Shown: in pieces, positions 44,801 to 52,018 of the stretch
Position numbering within the stretch: the stretch's first letter is position 1
How the letters are laid out: each line of letters opens with the position of its first letter
Assembly (NCBI GenBank): GCA_963747145.1
Contig: CAVVDZ010000006.1
Span: 311,756 to 375,755 of the forward strand
Direction: 5' to 3'
DNA length: 64,000 nt
DNA from: an uncultured Gammaproteobacteria bacterium
GTDB taxonomy: Bacteria > Pseudomonadota > Gammaproteobacteria > Steroidobacterales > Steroidobacteraceae
Translations under genes and position numbers: made by a program
The notes under the pieces: generated by a model
The model's input: the letters and a program-made list of their open reading frames with translations, nothing else
Database searches by the model: none
What the model was told of the DNA's origin: nothing

Positions 44801-45551
44801 CGTTTTCGACCAGCACGCGGTAGCGGGCCTCGCTGTCCTTCAGCGCGTCCTCGGCCTTGGACCGCTCGGCCATGTCGCGCACGCAGATGATGTAGGTCGG
44901 GCGGCGCTTGGTCAGCATCTTGCTGACCAGGACCTCGGCCGGCATCAGGTCCCCACGCTGGTGCTTTGCGACCACTTCGCGTGCCGCCAGGTCGTAGTGC
45001 GTGTTTTCCTGGGACGCCGCCAGGTCATCGAGCGTGCGGCCGATGTCGCCGCCGACCGCGATCTGCGGCAGCAGCACGTCCAGCGTCTGCGATAGCACGT
45101 CGCTCTGACGGATGCCGAAGAAGCGTTCCGCGGTGCGGTTGACGCTTTCGATCTGCCCGCGGTAGTCGCAGGAAATGATCCCGTCCTTGACGTGATCGAG
45201 TATCGCCTGCAGCTTCGCGACGCTCTCCCGCTCGACCTTTTCCGTGATCGCCGTCGCCTCGTCCGAGGCGAGCCGCATGACGGTCTCGAGGCTCGTGCGT
45301 TCGTTCTCGAAAATGTCGTACTGGTGGGTAACGATCGTCAGCAGCTTGCGCAGCCGCATCTTGCCGTCGGTGTCGGCGGCTTCGAGCAGCTGGCGCTCCA
45401 GCAGGGGGTGGAGGTCATCGGCGCGGCGCTCATGCTCCGCCGCGGGCTCCGCTACGGCTGTCGGCACAGGCGCAGCCACGGGCGTCGCGACTGCCTTCGG
45501 CGCAGGCGCTTTGAGCCGCACGACATTGCCCGGATCTTTCTTGGCCACCAT
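41865..45551 (-). CDS. Multidomain c-di-GMP turnover protein: PAS-PAS-GAF-PAS-PAS-GGDEF-EAL
   Basis: 1228 aa with repeated PAS-type blocks, each ending ...DITERKRAE. A GAF-like segment (RLYDPVKRTLTHAAG...CWSTPITGADGRTLGTFATY). GGDEF domain with intact RLGGDEFGVLL and DLDQFKVVNDTCGH. EAL domain with YELLLRL, NLSG, FEVTE, ALDDFGSGLSSFNYL, LKIDGQFV, AERVET and GYAQGF. Confidence 0.9.
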   Translation of the reverse strand: MVAKKDPGNVVRLKAPAPKAVATPVAAPVPTAVAEPAAEHERRADDLHPLLERQLLEAADTDGKMRLRKLLTIVTHQYDIFENERTSLETVMRLASDEATAITEKVERESVAKLQAILDHVKDGIISCDYRGQIESVNRTAERFFGIRQSDVLSQTLDVLLPQIAVGGDIGRTLDDLAASQENTHYDLAAREVVAKHQRGDLMPAEVLVSKMLTKRRPTYIICVRDMAERSKAEDALKDSEARYRVLVENAPEAVVVLDVESGRFVDCNENAAEFFKMTREKLLSIGPASVSPPLQADGTPSFGISRGYVEEALSGGAPVFEWLHRDADGNVMPCEVRFVRLPSSNGSLIRASIIDITERKRAELISTGERRAFEKIASNEPLTGALVAITEVVERVLPDAVCCIRLYDPVKRTLTHAAGPSLPREYVALMDNVPAEIRFGSCAAAVALQRQIIVPDIAKDALWEHRRDAAARAGLHACWSTPITGADGRTLGTFATYLKRTRMPSRRDLELVGRMAQLARIAIERRSSEDALRESERRFRGLFDNVVEGVYQVTLEGYLLSANPALIEMLGYASLEELRAIGSTETLYVVPETRHRLIDRLITEGELVETEYDLKRKDGTIITITENARLNRDERNQPTGFEGTVTDITERKRAEQRFYEQKERAEVTLQSIADAVITTDRAGTIDYVNPIAEKLTGWDSREACGRNVTVVVKLVTDGSQAPIDDPVSRALVTGEPLSLADQTVLVSRSGAEVPIQATVAPIRDRNGNTAGAVMVFSDVSRERRMKRLLSYQAAHDALTGLINRREFESRLNVALETARADHNIRHAMVYVDLDQFKVVNDTCGHPAGDQLLRQVTGLLQTRVRANDVLARLGGDEFGVLLEHCTPEQALRIADMLRQAIRDLRFNWGASTLQIGASIGIVEINHDTESVATLLSAADIACYSAKDGGRNRVQVYDPASASARHREMRWMSRLTNARDEGRLDIVFQPIVKISGPADARPHYELLLRLLDENGQTVLPDEFIPAAERYNLMPSLDRWVVEKVLRDIVPSTKDGVETAEFTVAVNLSGTTLSDPGFLEFLIQTLETHEPTPGVLCFEVTETAAITNLGHASYLMREMASRGCLIALDDFGSGLSSFNYLRTLPVHFLKIDGQFVQNVANDRIDRSMVEAIVQIGKAIGIETVAERVETPEVLETLRQIGVGYAQGFLCGRPCPMSGFPHRKLITRTRT

Positions 45552-45702
45552 GACCCCACGCAGGCCTGCGCCGCACTCAACGAATGCGACGTAATGCAGC
45601 GATGCTAGGGGATCGACTACGGTCTGAACGTGACGGCGTTCGCGATTCGACCGGTGCCAATTCGTGACCGGCGACGCGATATCCGGGGCCCGCTACCGGG
45701 AG

Positions 45703-45736
45703 GCCGCCCGGCCCCGCATTGCGCGGCCGGGGCGGC
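45703..45736 (-). terminator. GC-rich stem-loop just 3' of typA
   Basis: GCCGCCCCGGCC gcgcaatgc GGGGCCGGGCGGC on the minus strand, an imperfect stem starting 4 nt after the typA stop. There is no U-tract. Confidence 0.4.
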
Positions 45737-45739
45737 AAT

Positions 45740-47554
45740 TCAGCCGGCGCGTTCCGCCCTCTTGCGCTGCCCCTCGTTCAGGTGCCGCTTGCGCAAACGG
45801 ATATTCTTCGGAGTGACTTCCACGAGCTCGTCGTCGACGATGTACTCCATCGCCTGTTCGAGCCCCATGCGAATGGGCGGCGTCAGCAGCACATTCTCGT
45901 CCTTGCTCTGCGTGCGGATGTTGGTGAGCTTCTTGCCCTTCAGCGGATTGACGACCATGTCGCCCTCACGGCTGGTCTCGCCGACGATCTGGCCCTCGTA
46001 GACCAGGTCGCCGGGCCCGACGAAGAGCTTGCCGCGTTCCTGCAGGTTGAAGAGCGCATAGGCGAGCACCGGGCCCCGTCCATTCGAGATCATCACGCCG
46101 GCCGTGCGCTCCGTCAGATTCCTGTCGACCACCGGCCCGAAATGATCGAACACGTGGTACATGAGCCCGGTTCCGCTGGTCATCGTGCGGAAATCCGTCT
46201 GGAACCCGATCATGCCGCGCGATGGGATCTTGTAGTCGAGCCGCACGCGGCCCTTGCCGTCGGGGATCATGTTGGCGAGGTCCGCACCGCGCGCTCCAAG
46301 CGCCTCCATGACGGCGCCCTGTCCGGTTGTTTCGATATCGACCGTGAGCTGTTCCCAGGGCTCGACGGGCTCCCCGCCCTCCTCTTTGACCACGACGCGC
46401 GGGCGCGAAACCGCGAGTTCGTAGCCTTCGCGGCGCATGTTCTCGATCAGGATGCCGAGGTGCAGTTCTCCGCGTCCATAGACGACGAAGCGGTCGGGAT
46501 CGTCGGTTTCCTCGACCCGCAGCGCGACATTCGCAAGCGTTTCCCGCAACAGCCGTTCGCGCAGCTGGCGGCTCGTGACGAATTTTCCTTCCTGGCCGAA
46601 CAAGGGCGAAGTATTCGTCTCGAATGTCATGCTGATGGTCGGTTCGTCCACGACCAGCGGCGGCAGCGCTTCCGGAGCCGCGGGATCGCAGATCGTGTCC
46701 GAAATCTTCGGCGCCTCAATCCCTGAGAACGCGATGATGTCGCCGGCGCGCGCTTCCTCGGCCTCGATGCGCTCGAGTCCCAGGAATCCGAACACCTGCC
46801 CTACGCGCTCATTGCGGATCGAGCCGTCGCGGCCGACGACCGCGATCGGCATGCCGCGCCGGATCGTGCCGCGCCGGATGCGCCCGATGCCGATCGCACC
46901 GACGTAGCTCGAGTAATCGAGCTGGCTGATCTGCAGCTGCAATGGCGCATCGATGTCCACGTCCGGCGCCGGGCAGCGCGAGACGATCGTCTCGAACAGC
47001 GGTGTCATGTCCGCGGCGAGATGCTCGGGATCGAGTCCTGCGACGCCGCGCAATGCCGAGGTATAGACGACCGGAAAGTCGAGCTGCTTCTCATGCGCTC
47101 CCAGGCGATCGAACAGGTCGAAAGTCTGGTTCAGCACCCACTCAGGGCGCGCCTCGGGGCGATCGACCTTGTTGATCACGACGATCGGCGAAAGCCCGTG
47201 TGCAAAAGCCTTCTGCGTCACGAAGCGGGTCTGCGGCATGGGACCGTCCACGGCGTCCACGAGCAGCAGCACGCAGTCCACCATCGACAGCACGCGCTCG
47301 ACCTCGCCGCCGAAATCGGCGTGGCCGGGGGTATCCACAATGTTGATGCGGTAGTCGCCCCAGCGGATCGCGGTGTTCTTCGCGAGGATGGTGATGCCGC
47401 GCTCGCGCTCGAGCGCGTTCGAATCCATCACGCGATCGGTCACGGGCTTGCGTGCATCGAGCGTGCCCGACTGGCGCAGCAGCTTGTCGACGAGCGTGGT
47501 CTTGCCATGGTCGACGTGCGCGATGATCGCGATGTTGCGTAGATTCTGGATCAC
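45740..47554 (-). CDS. typA: Translational GTPase TypA/BipA
   Basis: 604 aa from a GTG start: [47 protein letters not shown]. Confidence 0.95.
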   Translation of the reverse strand: MIQNLRNIAIIAHVDHGKTTLVDKLLRQSGTLDARKPVTDRVMDSNALERERGITILAKNTAIRWGDYRINIVDTPGHADFGGEVERVLSMVDCVLLLVDAVDGPMPQTRFVTQKAFAHGLSPIVVINKVDRPEARPEWVLNQTFDLFDRLGAHEKQLDFPVVYTSALRGVAGLDPEHLAADMTPLFETIVSRCPAPDVDIDAPLQLQISQLDYSSYVGAIGIGRIRRGTIRRGMPIAVVGRDGSIRNERVGQVFGFLGLERIEAEEARAGDIIAFSGIEAPKISDTICDPAAPEALPPLVVDEPTISMTFETNTSPLFGQEGKFVTSRQLRERLLRETLANVALRVEETDDPDRFVVYGRGELHLGILIENMRREGYELAVSRPRVVVKEEGGEPVEPWEQLTVDIETTGQGAVMEALGARGADLANMIPDGKGRVRLDYKIPSRGMIGFQTDFRTMTSGTGLMYHVFDHFGPVVDRNLTERTAGVMISNGRGPVLAYALFNLQERGKLFVGPGDLVYEGQIVGETSREGDMVVNPLKGKKLTNIRTQSKDENVLLTPPIRMGLEQAMEYIVDDELVEVTPKNIRLRKRHLNEGQRKRAERAG

Positions 47555-47694
47555 GGGGACGTGGCGCGGTGCAAAAGGGCCGCGATCTTACACCAGTTCG
47601 CGGGGCCGCTTTGATGACCCGGCGAAACCGCCAGAAAGCAGTTCATGTGTCATCGCCGATAGCCCTCTTAACTTATTGTTATTACAACGGAATC

Positions 47695-48129
47695 CTACCC
47701 GTCTTGTGCCGGGGGTTCCGGCAACGCTTCTACCGGCGGTGGGACCGTTATGGGGCTCACAACGGTGAATGGCAGGGTCACGGTACGGGTCCGTCGATCG
47801 CCGCTCATATGCAGCCCCAGACGCACTGTCAGCAGCCAGTCGCCAGGCGACTTTGGGACCAGGTTCACAAAAAGCTGGTTGCCGCCCGACGGGCTGGTGG
47901 CGGGCAACATCCTGGGAGCGTAATCCGTGACCTGCAGGCCTTCGTCGCCTTCGACCGCGATCTCGACGCCCGCCGTAGGAACGCCCACACGCACGTCCAG
48001 CAGGATCTGGGCGGGCACGTCCATCTGGAGCTCCTGTGCCTGCACGACCTTGACCTCGACCGGCAGCTCCGGGGTCGCGCAGGCGGCGCAGGCTGCGGCG
48101 ATCGCGAGCAGGCTCCGGAACGGATTCAC
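47695..48129 (-). CDS. Small hypothetical lipoprotein, translationally coupled to srkA
   Basis: The GTG at 48129 is preceded by GGAGcaatc and overlaps the srkA stop (GTGA). N-terminus: [20 protein letters not shown] (lipobox-like). The body is beta-rich and the tail is Pro-rich. The long upstream extension in the track ORF overlaps srkA and looks spurious. Confidence 0.5.
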   Translation of the reverse strand: MNPFRSLLAIAAACAACATPELPVEVKVVQAQELQMDVPAQILLDVRVGVPTAGVEIAVEGDEGLQVTDYAPRMLPATSPSGGNQLFVNLVPKSPGDWLLTVRLGLHMSGDRRTRTVTLPFTVVSPITVPPPVEALPEPPAQDG

Positions 48130-49172
48130 GATTGCTCCAGCGTCATGATCTGCTCCTCCAACTCCGCCACATGGCGCTCCCAGAAACGCACTTCGCCGAA
48201 CCATGGAAATGCGAGCGGAAATGCCGGATCGTGCCAGCGGCGCGCGAGCCAGGCCGCGTAATGAATCATCCTGAGCGCGCGCAGGGACTCGATCAAGGAG
48301 GTCTCGATGGGATCGAGATTCGCAAATTGCGAATAGCCCTCGAGGATGTCCGCGAGCTGGGCGCGCATCTCGGCGGCATTGCCCGCAAGCAGCATCCACA
48401 GGTCCTGGATTGCGGGGCCTGTCATGCAGTCGTCGAGGTCCACGAAATGCGGCCCGGCCGCGGTCCACAGCACATTGTTGCGGTGGCAGTCGCCATGGAT
48501 GCGGAGCTGCCGCAGCGGGCCCGCCGCCTCGAATCGCGCCTCCACCAGGTCCAGCAACTCGCCGCTGACGAGGTCGTAGCGATTCGCGATGTAATCGGCC
48601 ATCAGGCCGCCATCCAGCAGATAGTCGACCGACTGGCGCCCCATCGCATCGACCGAATATCGTCCGCGATGCGCGAATCGTCCCGCCGCTCCCACCATGT
48701 GGATGCGCCCGAGGAAACGTCCGATCCACTGCCGGTCATCCGGCGTGCCGAGTTCGGGCCATTGGCCGCCGCGGCGCGGGTAGATCGCGATGCGGAATCC
48801 GGCGAATACGGGCACCGGTCCATCGCCCAGTTTGTCGCGGTTCAACGGCTCGAGCGGCGCGATGACAGGGATCTCGGCCGCCGCCAGTTCGCGCGCGAAG
48901 GCGTGTTCCTCGGCAATGGCTTCATCCGTCCAGCGCCCCGGCCGGTAGAACTTGATCACGACGGGGTCGGTGTCTTCGAGGCCGACCTGGAACACGCGAT
49001 TCTCGTAGCTGCCGAGCGCGAGCGCACGGCCATCGCTGTGAAACCCGGCGGCCTCCACGGCATCGATCACGGCATCCGGCGATAGCTGCGCGAACGGAAT
49101 CTCGGTGCCGGGTGCCGGATCATCTTCCACCGGGGCAACATAGCGTCCGGCTGCCGACGACACCAGCCGCAT
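48126..49172 (-). CDS. srkA: Stress response Ser/Thr kinase SrkA/RdoA (YihE family)
   Basis: LALGSYENRVFQVG, VIKFYRPGRWT, RIHGDCHRNNVLW, FVDLDDCMTGPAIQDLWMLL, AFPLAFPWF. These are collinear with E. coli YihE as I remember it. Confidence 0.85.
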   Translation of the reverse strand: MRLVSSAAGRYVAPVEDDPAPGTEIPFAQLSPDAVIDAVEAAGFHSDGRALALGSYENRVFQVGLEDTDPVVIKFYRPGRWTDEAIAEEHAFARELAAAEIPVIAPLEPLNRDKLGDGPVPVFAGFRIAIYPRRGGQWPELGTPDDRQWIGRFLGRIHMVGAAGRFAHRGRYSVDAMGRQSVDYLLDGGLMADYIANRYDLVSGELLDLVEARFEAAGPLRQLRIHGDCHRNNVLWTAAGPHFVDLDDCMTGPAIQDLWMLLAGNAAEMRAQLADILEGYSQFANLDPIETSLIESLRALRMIHYAAWLARRWHDPAFPLAFPWFGEVRFWERHVAELEEQIMTLEQS

Positions 49173-49173
49173 G

Positions 49174-49207
49174 AAAAAAGCCCCGGCAGCTTCAAGGCTG
49201 CCGGGGC
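49174..49207 (-). terminator. Rho-independent terminator after the 5-repeat adhesin gene
   Basis: On the minus strand: GCCCCGGCAGC cttgaa GCTGCCGGGGC, followed by TTTTTT. It is an 11-bp perfect stem about 20 nt after the stop at 49227. The U-tract ends 1 nt before the srkA ATG. Confidence 0.8.
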
Positions 49208-49226
49208 CCCTGGTTCCCGAACCGGA

Positions 49227-51001
49227 CTACGGAATGGTCTTGGAGACGGGGCTCGAATCGGCGCTTTCCACGCCCGCGGAATCAAAGGATGCGAGCACGA
49301 AGAACCAGGTGCCCGATGCCAGGTTTTCGACCATGTAGCTCGTCACGCCCGGATTGTTGATCGAGATCGTGGTCGGGTAATTGCCGGCGGCATTGCCATA
49401 GCGGACCTTGTAGCCGGCCAGGTCCGTGAGCGGCGAACCATCCGCGTGAGTCGTCGGCGGCGTCCAGCTGAGCGTCGCCGTACCGTTGGCGGACTGCTGG
49501 ACCGTAATCGAGAACGCGGCGAGCGAAGCCTGCAGCGTGCCATCGCTGGCCGTGATCACGACGTTCGGATAGCTGCCGATCGTGCCTGCGCCCGGCGTGC
49601 CTGACAGCCTGCCGGTGCCGGTATCGAATGCGGCCCACGAAGGCTTGCCCGTGATGCTGAAGCTGATCGCATCGCCATCCGGGTCATTCGCGGTCGGGAT
49701 GAACGAATAGGCTTGCCCGGCGACGACCGAGGTGGCCGGCGCGCCTGAAATCGTCGGCGGGCGATTGGCCTGGTCCACGGTGATCGAGAACGCCGCCAGC
49801 GCGGTGTTTGCCATGCCGTCACCGACACTGATGCGGATGTCCACGTACTCGCCGACCGCGCTCGATGCCGGCGTGCCCGACAGGCGGCCGGTCGTCGCGC
49901 TGAAAGTCGCCCAGGTCGGCCGGTTCACGATGCTGAAGCTGATCGGGTTGCCATCCGGATCGGAAGCCGTCGGCGTGAACGAGTACGCCTGGCCGCTGGT
50001 CACGGTCGCTGCAGGCGTTCCACTGATCGTCGGGGCGCGATTGGGTGCGACGGTGATCGTGAACGAGCCCAGCGATGCGGACAGGCTGCCGTCGCTCGCG
50101 GAGATCACGATACCGGCATAGCTGCCGGCACTACCCGCCGGCGGCGTGCCGGACAGGCGCCCATTGCTGGTGCTGAAGCTCGCCCAGGACGGCTTGTTGC
50201 TGATGCTGAAGCTCAACGGATTGCCGTCGGGATCGCTCGCGGTCGGCGTGAATGCGTAGGCGATGGCTTCGCGCCCGGCCGTGGACGGGCTGCCGCCGAT
50301 CACTGGCGGACGGTTGGCCGCAGTCACGGTAATCGCAAATGCCGGCAGCGCAGCGCTTGCCGCGCCGTCGGAAACGCTGATCCGGATGTTCGAGTAAGTC
50401 CCGGCTGCGCCAGAGCCTGGTGTGCCGGACAGGCGTCCCGTGGCCGCACTGAACGCCGCCCAGGCCGGTCTGCCCGGAAATCGAGAATGTCAGCGCCTGC
50501 CCGTCAGGATCGGAGGCCGCCGGTGTGAACGCGTACGCCTGCCCTTCGACGACCGATATCGGAGCGCTGCCAGAGATCACGGGCGGGCGGTTGGCCGGCG
50601 GCGTCACGGGCGCCGCATTCGACGACGATGCGGAAGGCGTTGCCCTGCGTGACGTTGACGCTGTCCCTGACGGAAATCTGCACCGCATCGTAGGTGCCGA
50701 CATTCGCGTCGGCGGGCGTACCGGACAACCTGCCCGTCGCGCTGTCGAACGACGCCCAGGCGGGCTGGTTCGCGATCTCGAATGTCAGCGGATCGTTTTC
50801 GGGGTCGCTCGCCGTCGGCGTGACCTGGAAAGGGTTGCCGGCCATGATCGACGACTCGGTCGCCACCGTGGAGATTGTCGGCGCCTGATTGACGGGCGGT
50901 GGCGGAGTCGCTGCCGCTGCGTCGCTTTTCTGCTCGTCCCATGGGCACGCGCTCAGGGGAAGAACGAGCAGTCCGACTGCCAGGATTCTCAGCATTCTCA
51001 T
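49227..51001 (-). pseudogene. Lipoprotein with 5 He_PIG/cadherin-like repeats plus C-terminal FN3; the reading frame is interrupted twice by single inserted bases
   Basis: The gene lies in three track ORFs (50504..51001, 50131..50703, 49227..50327) that join into one protein. N-terminus: MRMLRILAVGLLVLPLSAC (lipobox). Five ~92-aa repeats follow, then ATLSWTPPTTHADGSPLTDLAGYKVRYG...WFFVLASFDSAGVESADSSPVSKTIP. The frame breaks are at about 50620 and in the CCC run at 50473..50475. Confidence 0.78.
49494..50896 (-). repeat. Five degenerate tandem coding repeats (~276 bp each, He_PIG-like modules); boundaries approximate
   Basis: The peptide pattern NR(A/P)P(T/V)ISG...GQAY(S/A)FTP(T/A)ASDPDG(N/Q/D)x(L/I)(S/T)FSIxx(R/K)P(S/T/A)WAxFxxxxGRLSGTP...(F)xITV recurs 5 times. 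Confidence 0.7.
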
Positions 51002-51072
51002 GTGGCAACCCCGCTGTCTCTCTCGAGACCGGAAGCTTTGCGTCCCCGCCTCACGACGGGTTTGCCGCTTAC
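51002..51072 (-). promoter_or_regulatory. c-di-GMP-I (GEMM-I) riboswitch aptamer abutting the start codon
   Basis: RNA sense: AAGCGGCAAACCCGUCGUGAGGCGGGGACGCAAAGCUUCCGGUCUCGAGAGAGACAGCGGGGUUGCCAC, followed directly by AUGAGAAUG. It has the same conserved blocks as the 41678..41760 copy, with a GUGA-capped P1b and a short GAGA-capped P2 (GUCUC/GAGAC). Confidence 0.85.
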
Positions 51073-51126
51073 ACTTGATTCAACGTGCCGGGATTATCGG
51101 GCCGTCATCGCGAGCGCGTGAGACCG

Positions 51127-51150
51127 CCCTGTCGTGCCACAGCGACAGGG
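51127..51150 (-). terminator. Stem-loop after the 1-repeat paralog gene
   Basis: On the minus strand, CCCUGUCG cuguggca CGACAGGG forms an 8-bp stem 20 nt after the stop at 51171. There is no U-tract. Confidence 0.35.
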
Positions 51151-51170
51151 AACATAAGAGCAAGACTTAA

Positions 51171-51836
51171 TCAGGCGATCGTCTTGGAGGCGACGTTCGA
51201 CCGCGAGCTCTCGCCGCCCGTGTCGTCATAGGCGGTGGCCGCGAAGAACCAGGTGCCGACCGTCAGGTTGTCGATCAGCTGGCTGCGCGCGCCGGGGTCT
51301 GCGACCTGAATGACGAAATTCATGTCGCTGGCCGAATTTCCATAATAGACGCGGAAGCCGGCCAGGTTGGTCAGCGGGGTGCCGTCCACGCGCTGCGTCG
51401 GGGCCTGCCAGGAAAGCGTCGCACGGCCCGCCACCGCCGCAGAGACCGTGATCCTCGACTGGTTCGAGGCCTGCGCCTTGCCGTCCGACACGGTGAAGAC
51501 CGGCGTGAACACGCCGACGTCGCCGGCGGCAGGCGTGCCCGTCAGCACGCCGGTCTGGGCCGAGAAGTTCGCCCAGGTCGGCCGATTCGAAATCGAGAAT
51601 GTCAGTGCGTCACCGTCAGCGTCGGACGCGGTCGGCGTGATCGTCAATGCGCGGCCAACCAGGACGTCGATGGAACCCGTGACCGAAATGGTCGGCGCGT
51701 GGTTGACCGCAGGCGGGGGCGGCGTGACTACCGGCGGCGGCTCGCTCGAAGTCTTTGATCCGCCTCCGCCAAAGCACGCGACCAGCGCCATCGCTGCGGT
51801 TCCGATCAGGGCAGTACGCAATGTGAATGCGATCAC
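51171..51836 (-). CDS. Lipoprotein with 1 He_PIG/cadherin-like repeat plus C-terminal FN3 (third paralog)
   Basis: The GTG at 51836 is preceded by AGAGG. N-terminus: IAFTLRTALIGTAAMALVAC (lipobox), then a Pro-rich linker. One repeat (LTITPTASDADGDALTFSISNRPTWANFSAQTGVLTGTP). FN3-like tail: ATLSWQAPTQRVDGTPLTNLAGFRVYYG...WFFAATAYDDTGGESSRSNVASKTIA. Confidence 0.75.
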   Translation of the reverse strand: MIAFTLRTALIGTAAMALVACFGGGGSKTSSEPPPVVTPPPPAVNHAPTISVTGSIDVLVGRALTITPTASDADGDALTFSISNRPTWANFSAQTGVLTGTPAAGDVGVFTPVFTVSDGKAQASNQSRITVSAAVAGRATLSWQAPTQRVDGTPLTNLAGFRVYYGNSASDMNFVIQVADPGARSQLIDNLTVGTWFFAATAYDDTGGESSRSNVASKTIA

Positions 51837-52018
51837 GGTTATGTCGCCTCTTGCAATTGCGGCGGATCATAGGCCGCGGACAAGAGCAGCGAACCCGTTG
51901 GGCCGTCGCCTGTTAGCGACAGATTTCAGCGTCAAAAACGGCGGCTGGTTGGCGACCAGTTCCCGGGGTGCGTCAACAATCGCTGCTATCATGCTGATTC
52001 GGAAGACAGGGGGTGCGG

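Noticed and set aside
51837-52012. A possible third c-di-GMP riboswitch upstream of the 1-repeat paralog.
   Set aside because: The minus-strand sequence lacks the GCAAACC, ACGCAAAGC and AGCGGGGUUGCC blocks. Only small generic hairpins are present (CUGGU..ACCAG, GUCGC..GCGAC). A faint resemblance to c-di-GMP-II (..CGCCAACCAGCCG..) is not enough to claim.
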